Notes under the pieces: model-generated
What the model saw: only the letters and a program-made list of their open reading frames with translations
Told to the model about the DNA's origin: nothing
Database searches by the model: none
Part shown: piece by piece, positions 20,928 through 29,812 of the stretch
Numbering within the stretch: position 1 is the stretch's first letter
Layout of the letters: the number at the start of each line of letters is the position of its first letter
Origin: an uncultured Armatimonadetes bacterium
GTDB lineage: Bacteria; Armatimonadota; UBA5829; DTJY01
DNA: 64,000 bases
NCBI GenBank assembly: GCA_963717145.1
Contig: OY970325.1
Coordinates: 2,503,949-2,567,948, forward strand
Direction of reading: 5' to 3'
Translations under genes and position numbers: made by a program

Positions 20928-21088
20928 TCCTCCAGCCTCTCTTCACTGCGCCTTCACAGGTATTACGGACGAGGATCAGACGTGGTTGAGGGTATTTTCG
21001 ACGGGGAGGATGCAGCGACCTTGGAGTGGTGGAGCAATGGAGTATTGGGGAATTGGGCGGCGAACCCAGTACTCCAACACTCCATTCG

Positions 21089-22078
21089 CTAGAAGTAGTT
21101 GAGGTGCATGGCCTCGCGGACCTCGGACATCGTCTTCGCGCCTTCCTGACGGGCGCGCTCGGTGCCGGAGCGGAGGATATCCTCGACCAGATCGGGATTA
21201 TCTTCATACTTCGCACGACGCTCGCGCATCGGTTGGAGCAGCGTATTGAGCGCGGCAGAGAGGCGCTTCTTGCAGTCGACGCAGCCGATCTCCGCGGTTT
21301 CGCACGCCGGACGAAGCTCGGCGACGAAGTCGGGGTTGAAGACCTTGTGATACTCGAAGACGGTGCAGACATCCGGGTGACCGAGATCGGTCCGACGCTG
21401 CCTGGCCGGATCGGTGATCGCCATGCTGATCTTCTGAGCAACCTCCGCCTCGGAATCGCTGAGGTAAATGCAGTTGCCGATGCTCTTGCTCATCTTGGCA
21501 TTTCCGTCAGTCCCGACGAGCCGCCCAACCTCACCGACGAGGGCCTCGGGCTCGACGAGCACCGGCTTGTACAACTCGTTGAACCGCCGGGCGATCTTGC
21601 GCGCGAACTCGACGTGCGGGACCTGGTCCGCGCCCACCGGCACGAGGTTCGCCTTACAGAACGTGATATCCGCGGCCTGGCTCACTGGATAGCCGAGGAA
21701 TCCATAGGTCATGTCCTCGTAGCCATACTGCTTGGCCTCGGTCTTGATAGTGGGATTGTGGCGCAGGACGTTCACCGTGATGAACATCGAGTAGAAGATG
21801 GTCAGTTCGGCGATCTGGGGGACCATCGACTGGACGAAGATCGTGCACTTCTCCGGCTCCAGTCCGACGGCAAGGTAGTCCGTCGCCACCTGCCTGACAT
21901 CGTCCGGAAGCCGCTCGGGCGACTCGAAGTTGGTCGTCAGCGCCTGAACGTCCGCGATGATGATGAAAGTGTCGTACTCGTGCTGGAGCCTGACTCGATT
22001 GGCGAGCGAGCCCACGTAGTGCCCCAGATGCAGTTTGCCTGTCGGTCGGTCGCCGGTCAGGATTCTTCCTTTGGTCAT
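21089..22078 (-). CDS. trpS: Tryptophan--tRNA ligase
   Basis: Track ORF 21089..22168 trimmed to MTKGRILTGDRPTGKLHLGHYVG... (HIGH-type motif); KMSKS-like KMSKSIGN. Confidence 0.9.
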   Translation of the reverse strand: MTKGRILTGDRPTGKLHLGHYVGSLANRVRLQHEYDTFIIIADVQALTTNFESPERLPDDVRQVATDYLAVGLEPEKCTIFVQSMVPQIAELTIFYSMFITVNVLRHNPTIKTEAKQYGYEDMTYGFLGYPVSQAADITFCKANLVPVGADQVPHVEFARKIARRFNELYKPVLVEPEALVGEVGRLVGTDGNAKMSKSIGNCIYLSDSEAEVAQKISMAITDPARQRRTDLGHPDVCTVFEYHKVFNPDFVAELRPACETAEIGCVDCKKRLSAALNTLLQPMRERRAKYEDNPDLVEDILRSGTERARQEGAKTMSEVREAMHLNYF

Positions 22079-22320
22079 GGTGCAGACTGCCTCAGTGCCT
22101 GCCTGGGACTCATCCTGTTCTTCTTGGCAGACAGAATATGGCGCAATGCCCGAGGCTTCTCCACCCACAGCGCATACTCCTCATCAGAGAACCCAAGGAA
22201 CTCCGCCAGCGAGCGACCGTCATCCGACTTGTGCCACAACTCCACATATTGGTCTATATCTTTTGGATCTGCCTGTCCCTCGAAACACAGATCAACGAAA
22301 GTTTTTTCGTGCTCAGACAT
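22075..22320 (-). CDS. Small hypothetical protein (81 aa), candidate immunity/partner of upstream toxin
   Basis: Track ORF; overlaps the toxin gene by 8 bp and the trpS start by 4 bp; lower GC than flanks; no family recognised. Confidence 0.45.
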   Translation of the reverse strand: MSEHEKTFVDLCFEGQADPKDIDQYVELWHKSDDGRSLAEFLGFSDEEYALWVEKPRALRHILSAKKNRMSPRQALRQSAP

Positions 22321-22624
22321 TCAGCATCCGTCCTCTCACAGGCCCCTTGACAAGCTTACCAGTTACAGCGTCCAAGCTGCCCAGGTGAAACCCCCGCTTG
22401 TTGAACGCTTCAATCTCACCGTGAAGTGAGTCCCAGGTGTAGAGTCTCTCGCCATCGGGTGATCTCCATACCTTCCGACGATTTCGTACTGTGCTATCGA
22501 GGTTATCTAGGAAACCAGGACGTGGTCTCGTCTTGCCAGCCAACGCAGACTCCCCATGTGAGTATCGGTCGTGCTCTTCCATCATTATAACATGATGCAG
22601 CCTGAGAAGAAAAGACTGGCCCAT
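22313..22624 (-). CDS. Standalone colicin E3-like rRNase (cytotoxic) domain protein, 103 aa
   Basis: Track ORF; ...RRKVWRSPDGERLYTWDSLHGEIEAFNKRGFHLGSLDAVTGKLVKGP... parallels the colicin E3 C-terminal RNase (…KRKRWTGDKGRKIYEWDSQHGELEGY…HLGSFDPKTGNQLKGPDP…) as remembered. Confidence 0.7.
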   Translation of the reverse strand: MGQSFLLRLHHVIMMEEHDRYSHGESALAGKTRPRPGFLDNLDSTVRNRRKVWRSPDGERLYTWDSLHGEIEAFNKRGFHLGSLDAVTGKLVKGPVRGRMLNV

Positions 22625-22661
22625 GCAGGCGACGATGGCTAAGAGCCCATACCGATCAGTT

Positions 22662-22829
22662 CTAGTCTTGATCGCAGACAGCCAGGTAACCCCTCATGGC
22701 CTCTTGGATGTTGGTCAGCGCTTCTTCTCTCGTCTTGCCCTGAGAATGACACACGGGAAGGGCCGGAACGCTGGCAACGATCCAGCCGCTTTCCCCCTGC
22801 TCAAGGACAACGGCATATCTAGGTTTCAC
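22662..22829 (-). CDS. HicB-like (UPF0150) antitoxin-family small protein, 55 aa, GTG start
   Basis: Manual translation (not in track, <60 aa): VKPRYAVVLEQGESGWIVASVPALPVCHSQGKTREEALTNIQEAMRGYLAVCDQD; AGGAGG 8 nt upstream of GTG; matches the HicB N-terminal pattern (..Y.VVLE.dE.GgyvvsvPdLPGC.SQG.T.EEAL.N..EA...). Confidence 0.6.
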   Translation of the reverse strand: MKPRYAVVLEQGESGWIVASVPALPVCHSQGKTREEALTNIQEAMRGYLAVCDQD

Positions 22830-23823
22830 TCGCACTACCTCCTGATCCCGTAACTAGAGTAACGCACTGGGGGCGAAATGTCAACGCTCGACAGGTCGGT
22901 AGTCCTTCAACCTCGATCGGGATCTGCACGATATCCGACACGCCGGACTTGGTGAGGTGGCACGTCAGGATCGTGGTCTGCTTGCAGTTCTTGAACGGCG
23001 AGTCGAAGAGGAAGTTGCCGAGACTGTACGCGATCACCCCGCCGTGGTACTTCTCGACCTTCTGCAGGACGTGCGGATGGTGGCCGAGAATGAGGTCCGC
23101 GCCGGCGTCGATGATCTTGTGGGCAAGCTCGACCTGGGCGGGCTGCGAATGCATCCGGTACTCGATGCCCCAGTGGAGGCTGACGATCACGACATCCGCC
23201 TGCTCGGACGCCTGCCGGACCTCCGACTCGATCGTCTCGGTATCGAGGTAGGACGAGTTCGGCGCATCCGGGCGGAACCATGCGCCCTCCGGCAGCCACG
23301 CGTTCCGGGCAAGGAAGGCGATCCTGATCCCCTTCAAGGTCATGATGACCGGCAGAGCCGCGTCCGACGGAGTGTCCCCCGCGCCGATGTATGCGATCCC
23401 ACTCTTCGCGAGATAGTGCATCGTCTCGATGAGGCCCGGACGGCTGCAGTCCATGCTGTGGTTGTTCGCCAGCGATATCATGTCGAACCCCCCGTCGGTC
23501 AGGCATTCGACGTTCGCCGGATCTGCCTTGAAGCAGATCGGCTTCGTGACCTTGATGCCCCGAGCCGAGAGCGGGCACTCCAGGTTGCAGAAAGCAAGGT
23601 CAGCCCCCCGAGTCGTCTCCCGGACGCCCTTGAACGGCCACTCGATGCCGTACTTCCTGATCTGCTTGTCGATCCCGCGGTCGAGCATCACATCACCGAC
23701 CGCCATGAGCGTGATCGACGGCTCCGGCGCAGGCGGACGCACCTGGCGCTTCCTGCATCCACTCGGGCCTGTGAGTAGAATCGCGATGCCGAGCAGCCAG
23801 ACTGTCCGCCGGAATTCTAGCAA
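22819..23823 (-). CDS. CapA-family protein (poly-gamma-glutamate synthesis / metallophosphatase-like)
   Basis: Track ORF, 334 aa; N-terminal signal/lipoprotein-like segment, ...ITLMAVGDVMLDRGI... and ...GADLILGHHPHVLQ... motifs. Confidence 0.7.
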   Translation of the reverse strand: MLEFRRTVWLLGIAILLTGPSGCRKRQVRPPAPEPSITLMAVGDVMLDRGIDKQIRKYGIEWPFKGVRETTRGADLAFCNLECPLSARGIKVTKPICFKADPANVECLTDGGFDMISLANNHSMDCSRPGLIETMHYLAKSGIAYIGAGDTPSDAALPVIMTLKGIRIAFLARNAWLPEGAWFRPDAPNSSYLDTETIESEVRQASEQADVVIVSLHWGIEYRMHSQPAQVELAHKIIDAGADLILGHHPHVLQKVEKYHGGVIAYSLGNFLFDSPFKNCKQTTILTCHLTKSGVSDIVQIPIEVEGLPTCRALTFRPQCVTLVTGSGGSASET

Positions 23824-26063
23824 CCTGTACTGTAGACCTCCCTTGGCAGAGGCTCCTCACGGGTAGTCCCCGGCATGAAACTCTTGATCCAGTCCGGCGG
23901 CGGCGGAGCTTTCTTCTGCTTCAGCATCTCCTGCCACTTCTCGTCGGTAAGCCGGTCGCTGGAGGGATGCACGAATTCGTGATAGGAGAAGACGGCCCCT
24001 CTCGTGAGATAGAGCTTCCCCTCAATGGGCACGACGACGTAGACTTCGTTCGCGTGGCCGACGCCCTCCTCCAGGCAGTCACTCCCGCTGGTGTGGACAT
24101 CGGCGACTATGGCCATGTTCTTGTCGGTCTCGCTGGTGATCTCATACCACTTCGTCGGTTGACCCTCCATGACCGAGAGCGTCAACCTCTCCAAGTCGGC
24201 CCCATAGTACCTGATCTGTTCGTATTCCTGCTCGGTGAGCTTCTTGTTCGTAAGCTCCTTGACCGATATGTCTCTTAGGAAGGTGAGCAGATCTTCGAAC
24301 TGGCTGAACTTCTCGGCTACCTCGTCAGTGATGAGATCGCGAGACTTCAACCCTGCTCTCGACGCCTTGGTCAGCCAAAGGAGCCGGTTATAGAACTCGA
24401 CGTTCGGCTCGACGTATCCTTTGGGCATGGGACGGAATTCCCCGCCGCCGCACTCAATACCACTCTGCTTGCCATACAGGATGGTATCGTGCCGAAGCTC
24501 GGCCCAGCTTCCGAGCGCTGTGTTCAGGCCCTTATCCGTCCACGCCTGGTTTGTCATAAACGATGGATAGCCTTTCCCGAACGGCTCGATCAGCGAATCG
24601 AGGCTCCAGAGCCATCCCCAATAGAGATTCGAGCGCCAGGTGCTCCCCGGCGTTTTGTCGAACTGCTTGCGGAGGCTCGTCCGTCGGGGTACATAGTCAT
24701 CCCAGTGCGACGGCTCCTTGTAGACGTTGTCCAGGATATCGACCGCCCGGTCCGAGCCAAGGACCGCCATCACGTCGAGTCCTCTCGGGAATGGACGCTC
24801 AGGATACATCGAGAGCTTCTGGAGGATCTCGCTGTCCGGAATGTAGCGCTGGCCCATGAACTTGAATTGCCGGCCCATCGGCATCTGACCCTTGCCCTTA
24901 CGGATATCGAAGAGCCTCACGTCGATCCTCGGATACGGGAGCTTCATCAACTCGTTATAGACCTGCTGGAGCTTCTTCTGGTCCTGAAGCTCGTTATAGC
25001 TTACGTTTGGGCCGTAGACCTTGTCCATCACCGCCTTGTACTGGTATGGAGTCAGGTCGTCGGCCTTCCCGACGTAGAAGGCGGTCGGCTCATAGATGCG
25101 GTCCCAAGCCTCGATCGCCGGCTTTCCCTTCACGTTGGCATCATAGAGCATCTTGGTGATCAGCAGCGCCTGCCTGATCTGAGGCCACGCCGGGTCGCCG
25201 ATGAAGTCGCCGGTCGCGTGATTGGCCCCCGTGATCGGCCAGATAACGGGGAACGACATGAAGCCATACCACATCATCGACCGGAAGAACTTCTTCAGCG
25301 GCTCACTCCTGGTATAGTGACCGCGCGGTATGAACTGCGAGTAGTCGGGCTGCCAAGGGAAGAGCGCCGACTGCACGCGGCCGGACGCCTTGCCTATGAG
25401 ATTGAGTTCTGCGGCCAAAATCTTCTGCTGACCGGCTGTTGGAAGCTTCACGTTCTGCCCGATCAGCTTGGCGGGAACGGCGAAGTAGACCTGGTTATCG
25501 GCGGCGGCCTTCTTCCACGCCGGATCGGTCATCTCCTTGGCGACGGCGTTGCTCTCCTTCACCATCGACGCTGTGAGCGAGCTGAGTTGGTCGTACAGCT
25601 TGCTGGTTTCCACCTTGCGCAGGGTGAAATCGTAGAAGATGTGATAGACCTGCAGGACGCTGTCGGTCGTGACGAAGCTTCCGACATTCTTGTAGTCGTT
25701 GTTCTCGTAGATGAAGAAGAGCTGCTGCTCGTTGGTGGGAGCGCCGAAGAACCCATTCTTCGCGAGCAGCGCCTTCTGCTCGGCGGTGAATGTGCCGAAC
25801 TCCTTCCAGTTGACGACGTTACTCATATCGGCCTTGACCGTATATGAGGCGACCGACGCCTTTACCGTCAACGGCTTGTAGGGAATATCGAACCCCTTCG
25901 GCGGGAGTTTCACCAACACGGGGGCAGCAGGCGTGGCGGATGGCGGCTTGCTCAATGCGATCGGCGCGGCCTTCTCCTTCGCGCCCCACATGCCGTGAGT
26001 CGCGTAGACGACTGCGGCAATGAGCGCGACTGCCAGGATGATGACGAGATACTTCCTCTTCAT
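23817..26063 (-). CDS. Large secreted/membrane-anchored hypothetical protein (748 aa; possibly DUF3160-like)
   Basis: Track ORF with N-terminal hydrophobic segment (MKRKYLVIILAVALIAAVVYA); family assignment tentative. Confidence 0.6.
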   Translation of the reverse strand: MKRKYLVIILAVALIAAVVYATHGMWGAKEKAAPIALSKPPSATPAAPVLVKLPPKGFDIPYKPLTVKASVASYTVKADMSNVVNWKEFGTFTAEQKALLAKNGFFGAPTNEQQLFFIYENNDYKNVGSFVTTDSVLQVYHIFYDFTLRKVETSKLYDQLSSLTASMVKESNAVAKEMTDPAWKKAAADNQVYFAVPAKLIGQNVKLPTAGQQKILAAELNLIGKASGRVQSALFPWQPDYSQFIPRGHYTRSEPLKKFFRSMMWYGFMSFPVIWPITGANHATGDFIGDPAWPQIRQALLITKMLYDANVKGKPAIEAWDRIYEPTAFYVGKADDLTPYQYKAVMDKVYGPNVSYNELQDQKKLQQVYNELMKLPYPRIDVRLFDIRKGKGQMPMGRQFKFMGQRYIPDSEILQKLSMYPERPFPRGLDVMAVLGSDRAVDILDNVYKEPSHWDDYVPRRTSLRKQFDKTPGSTWRSNLYWGWLWSLDSLIEPFGKGYPSFMTNQAWTDKGLNTALGSWAELRHDTILYGKQSGIECGGGEFRPMPKGYVEPNVEFYNRLLWLTKASRAGLKSRDLITDEVAEKFSQFEDLLTFLRDISVKELTNKKLTEQEYEQIRYYGADLERLTLSVMEGQPTKWYEITSETDKNMAIVADVHTSGSDCLEEGVGHANEVYVVVPIEGKLYLTRGAVFSYHEFVHPSSDRLTDEKWQEMLKQKKAPPPPDWIKSFMPGTTREEPLPREVYSTGC

Positions 26064-26812
26064 GGACTTACCTCCTTAACCTGCAGACTGTTGTCCTTCC
26101 AGACATATGACCTGGTGGATGAACCGCTTCTCACCCGGATGGACCGCTTGTTCGCCTCCAGGCCCGTCAGCTTCTCAGCACCTGCTCCATTCCACTCGCG
26201 CGTGACGCCGAACCCGTCCCACTTGTAGACCGCAAGCTCGTCCGCGCCATCCCTGGTCTGTTCGACGGCCACGACGCGGACTCCTGAGCCGAGGTCTGCG
26301 AGCACGAAATCACTGAATGGCCGGGAGAGCCTTGATCCGAGCCACTTGGGGTACATCGTCTTGCCGTCCCAACTGTAGATGAACGGCCGATTCGCCATGA
26401 TGGGATGGAAGTGCGCCGTCTTGTAGACTCCGACCATCAGGTCGTCGCTGCCGTCGCCATCGACGTCGCCGATCTGGAGCTTCCACGGCTTGAGGGATTG
26501 CGACAGGCCGCTCCACATCTCCTCGAGGGCATCCGGCGTGACCTCGCACAGGCTCACCGGCTTCTCCCCGTCGGTCAGGACCGCGAGGCACCGTTTGCCA
26601 TTGAAATCGGCGAGGAGTATCCGCTTGACCCGGACCCCATCGAGCCGGAGACGCCTCGCACCGACCTCGATTTCGGAATGGCCGTCGAAGTTGCGCGCGG
26701 TCGCCTGCATGCCAGCGAGTGACGTGGTAATGGCCTCAGCCTTATGAGTAGGCCGAGCACAGCCTGCGATGAGCAGAAAGCTGAGGATGCAAAGACAAGA
26801 GATGGTTCGCAC
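26060..26812 (-). CDS. Lipoprotein with FG-GAP/VCBS-like repeat
   Basis: Track ORF; lipobox LLIAGC; ...GDVDGDGSDDLMVG... calcium-binding-like repeat; 4-bp overlap with upstream gene. Confidence 0.6.
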   Translation of the reverse strand: MRTISCLCILSFLLIAGCARPTHKAEAITTSLAGMQATARNFDGHSEIEVGARRLRLDGVRVKRILLADFNGKRCLAVLTDGEKPVSLCEVTPDALEEMWSGLSQSLKPWKLQIGDVDGDGSDDLMVGVYKTAHFHPIMANRPFIYSWDGKTMYPKWLGSRLSRPFSDFVLADLGSGVRVVAVEQTRDGADELAVYKWDGFGVTREWNGAGAEKLTGLEANKRSIRVRSGSSTRSYVWKDNSLQVKEVSP

Positions 26813-26816
26813 GTCA

Positions 26817-27966
26817 TCAGTTCATACGACCAGACCGGTCAATCTGTTTCGCTAAGTCGATGTGCTCTTCTATCGCCTCCACGTAATACTTGTCATGGTT
26901 CTCCGCCAAGTCGGTTAGCCCGGAATTCGCGAACCCAACCGCTTCTCGTGCCCGTTTTCGTATCTCTGGGTCCATCGTGCCGGCCTTCCGCCCCGTCACG
27001 AGCGTGAAGTCGCCCAACGCCTGGCAGCCGATATCGACGAAGCCCGCCTTGTGGAGGAAGTCGAACATCTCGTCCTCGGTGTACGCACCCATCCGCATGT
27101 TGAACAACGCCGCCGAGAGCGGTCCGTTCTTCTCAGGGTACAGGACGAAGTCGCGGATGATGATCAGACCGCCGGGAACGAGGGCATCGAAGGCCTTTGG
27201 AGGGATGAGGTCGCCCCTGCTGCCGTGCATCATGCTCGACACGAGCACGACATCGTAGCCCTCGCCGAATGGGACCTGCTCGATGTCGCCGACTTGGAAC
27301 TTCACCCGGTCGGCCATCCCGTAAGAGCCGACCACGCGGTTGAAGATCGGCTCCGTCTCCGGCAGATCGAAGATCGTGGCGCTCAGTTCAGGATACTCGC
27401 GGCAGAGGCAGACGGACATCGTGCCCGGACCGCCGCCGAGATCGAGGAGGCGCTTCCGGCCGCTCAGATCGAGTGCATCGGCGAGCCGCTCGGCCTCGCC
27501 GTTTACCGCGAAGTCGTGCATCGCCTCGATGAACCGCTCATGGATGAAGCCTTCGGGCACGTTGTGCTTGGCTCGGTATTGAGCCAGGATGTCATTGCTG
27601 AGGTCGTTGAAGGGGCCCCGACCAGCCGCCTGTGAGCCAGATCGCATCGCCGATGTAGTCGGGCTTCCCGTGGACGAGGTAGCGGTCGGCGATGAGGCTG
27701 TTCGTGAAGCACTCCCCGTCGGTGACGAGCAGCCCGATCGACACGGCGACGAGGAGCACTTTCTCCAGCGCCGACTGCTCGACTCCGGTACGCTCCGAGA
27801 GGCCCGCCAGAGTAAGCGAACCGCCCGCGAGTTCGGTGAAGATCTCGATGTTGTTCGCGACGGCGAATGCCCGCGATGCCTCGAACGCCCGCGCGATCCC
27901 GAAGAGATCATCCGGCGTCTCCGCCGGGATGCTGTATCCGTTCTCGATTCCTCGCTTGTTGGACAT
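26817..27966 (-). pseudogene. SAM-dependent O-methyltransferase with N-terminal dimerisation domain, interrupted by apparent 1-nt frameshift at the G4C4 run 27612-27619
   Basis: Track ORF 27592..28050 (from Met 27966) gives the N-terminal domain; track ORF 26817..27911 gives the methyltransferase fold (LLDLGGGPGTMSV...); frames join across ggggcccc. Confidence 0.65.
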
Positions 27967-27977
27967 ATCCCCTCCTG

Positions 27978-28805
27978 TCAAGCCTTGATTCCTGACATGA
28001 CTATACCCTTGATGAAGTACCTCTGCGCGGCGACGAAGAGAATGATGCACGGCGTGATGTGAATCAGCGACGCGGCCATGAGCAGTTCGAGCTGCCCGCC
28101 GTACATATCCTGGAACATGCGCAGGCCGATCGAAACCGTGTACTTATCGAGCGTGTGCAGGTAGATCAGCGGCCCCATGAACTCATCCCAGTGGCCGATG
28201 AACGAGAAGATCACCACCGTGGTGAGCGCCGGCTTCGAGAGGGGCAGGATGATCCGCCACCAGATGCCGAAGTACGAGCAGCCGTCGATCATCGCCGCCT
28301 CGTCGAGGTCGCGGGGGATCGTCATGAAGAACTGACGCAGGAGGAAGATCGTGAACGCCCCGCCGCCGAAGTAGGCGGGTATGATCAACGGCGCGAACGT
28401 GTCGATCAACCGGAAGCTGCGCCAGATCAGGAACGTCGGGATCATCGTGACTTGGTGCGGAAGCATCATCGTGCCGAGCAGCATGTAGAAGAGCGCCGTT
28501 CGACCACTGAACTTGAACCGGGCGAACCCATATGCCACCAGCGACGCCGAGAACAACTGTCCGATGAGGCACATGACCGTCACGAACACCGTGTTCCCGA
28601 GGAACCTCATGAACGGCAGCACGGTCCATGCCTTAGCGAAGTTGCTCCACATGAACGGATGCGGTATCCACTCGATCGGCACGGCACGGACCTGTGCGGC
28701 GCCCTTGAGCGCCGAGGTGACCGACCAGAAGAACGGCACACTGACGATCGCCGCTCCGACGACGAGAAGCGCATATATGGCTGTCCGGCCAGCGAATCTA
28801 CCCAT
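27978..28805 (-). CDS. Carbohydrate ABC transporter permease (MalG-like)
   Basis: Track ORF, 275 aa, multi-TM with an EAA-like loop (…DLDEAAMIDGCS…). Confidence 0.85.
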   Translation of the reverse strand: MGRFAGRTAIYALLVVGAAIVSVPFFWSVTSALKGAAQVRAVPIEWIPHPFMWSNFAKAWTVLPFMRFLGNTVFVTVMCLIGQLFSASLVAYGFARFKFSGRTALFYMLLGTMMLPHQVTMIPTFLIWRSFRLIDTFAPLIIPAYFGGGAFTIFLLRQFFMTIPRDLDEAAMIDGCSYFGIWWRIILPLSKPALTTVVIFSFIGHWDEFMGPLIYLHTLDKYTVSIGLRMFQDMYGGQLELLMAASLIHITPCIILFVAAQRYFIKGIVMSGIKA

Positions 28806-28812
28806 CAGGCTT

Positions 28813-28851
28813 CATACTCCCACACTCCCATACTCCCACACTCCCATACTC
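28813..28851. repeat. Short tandem repeat (9-bp unit CATACTCCC/ACACTCCC, about 4.5 copies), family G
   Basis: catactcccacactcccatactcccacactcccatactc between the two permease genes; reverse-complement copy (GGGAGTATGGGAGTGTGGGG) at 53852-53878. Confidence 0.5.
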
Positions 28852-29812
28852 ACTTCGCGTCCCCCTCATAGTGCACCCAAGTGCTCGAGTGCTTGAACTG
28901 GATCAGCGTGAATACGAACAGAATGATGAACAGCACCCACGCCAGCGCCGCCGCGTAGCCCATGTGGAACTGCTCGAATGCGTGCCGGTAGAGATAGAGC
29001 ACGTAGAAGAGCGTCGCGTTGTTCGGGCCGCCGCCGGTCATGACATACGCCGCCGTGAAGACCTGGAACGCGCCGATGACCCCGAGCACCATGTTGAAGA
29101 AGATTGTCGGCGTCAGGAGCGGGAGCGTCACGTGCCGGAACTGAGCGAGCGCCCCTGCCCCATCGATCCGCGCGGCCTCATAGTACTCGTCGGCGATCCC
29201 CTGCAGGCCCGCGAGGAAGATGATCATCCGCCCGCCACCGATCCCCCATAGGCTCATCAGGATGAACGCCGGGAGCGCCCACGTGCTCGACTGCAGCCAC
29301 TCGGGCGGGTGCGCGATCAATGGATGGTATGCGATGCCGTGAAGCGTCGGGAGCGGGACGTTCATCGTCAGGAAGCTGTTCAGGATGCCGCGCTCGGGAT
29401 GGAAGACCCACATCCAAACCAAAGCCGACGCGACCGCCGGGGTGAGCGCCGGGAGGTAGAAGAGGGTCCGGAAGACCGTGACGCCCTTGACCTTCTGGTT
29501 GAGCAGAACCGCCAGAAGAAGCGAGCCGGTCAGGCCCATCGGGACGGAGAACAGGACGTAGAGCGCGGTGTTCGTGAGCGACTTGAAGAAGACCTCCTGC
29601 TCGCTGCCCACGAACATGCGCTGGTAGTTGCCCACGCCGACAAACGTGACATGCTGCAGGTCGTACTTGCAGAAGCTGAGTACCAGTGACGCGAGCATCG
29701 GCCCGGCGGTGAAGATGACGAACCCCAGCAGCCAGGGACAGATGAACAGGAATCCCCAGAAGGAGGCACGGTGAGTCAGCGGTTTCTTCGATTGTTGGCT
29801 AGGTTTCGACAT
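28850..29812 (-). CDS. Carbohydrate ABC transporter permease (MalF-like)
   Basis: Track ORF, 320 aa, multi-TM, EAA-like …YYEAARIDGAGA…. Confidence 0.85.
   Translation of the reverse strand: MSKPSQQSKKPLTHRASFWGFLFICPWLLGFVIFTAGPMLASLVLSFCKYDLQHVTFVGVGNYQRMFVGSEQEVFFKSLTNTALYVLFSVPMGLTGSLLLAVLLNQKVKGVTVFRTLFYLPALTPAVASALVWMWVFHPERGILNSFLTMNVPLPTLHGIAYHPLIAHPPEWLQSSTWALPAFILMSLWGIGGGRMIIFLAGLQGIADEYYEAARIDGAGALAQFRHVTLPLLTPTIFFNMVLGVIGAFQVFTAAYVMTGGGPNNATLFYVLYLYRHAFEQFHMGYAAALAWVLFIILFVFTLIQFKHSSTWVHYEGDAK

Noticed and set aside
22075-22320. Assigning the 81-aa protein as a colicin E3 immunity protein (ImmE3) homologue
   Set aside because: I see no sequence resemblance to ImmE3 as I remember it; it is kept as a hypothetical partner defined only by its overlap with the toxin gene.
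22623-22853. Plus-strand track ORF 22623..22853 (76 aa)
   Set aside because: The opposite strand encodes a HicB-like protein with a strong family pattern and a Shine-Dalgarno sequence; the plus-strand frame is its antisense shadow.
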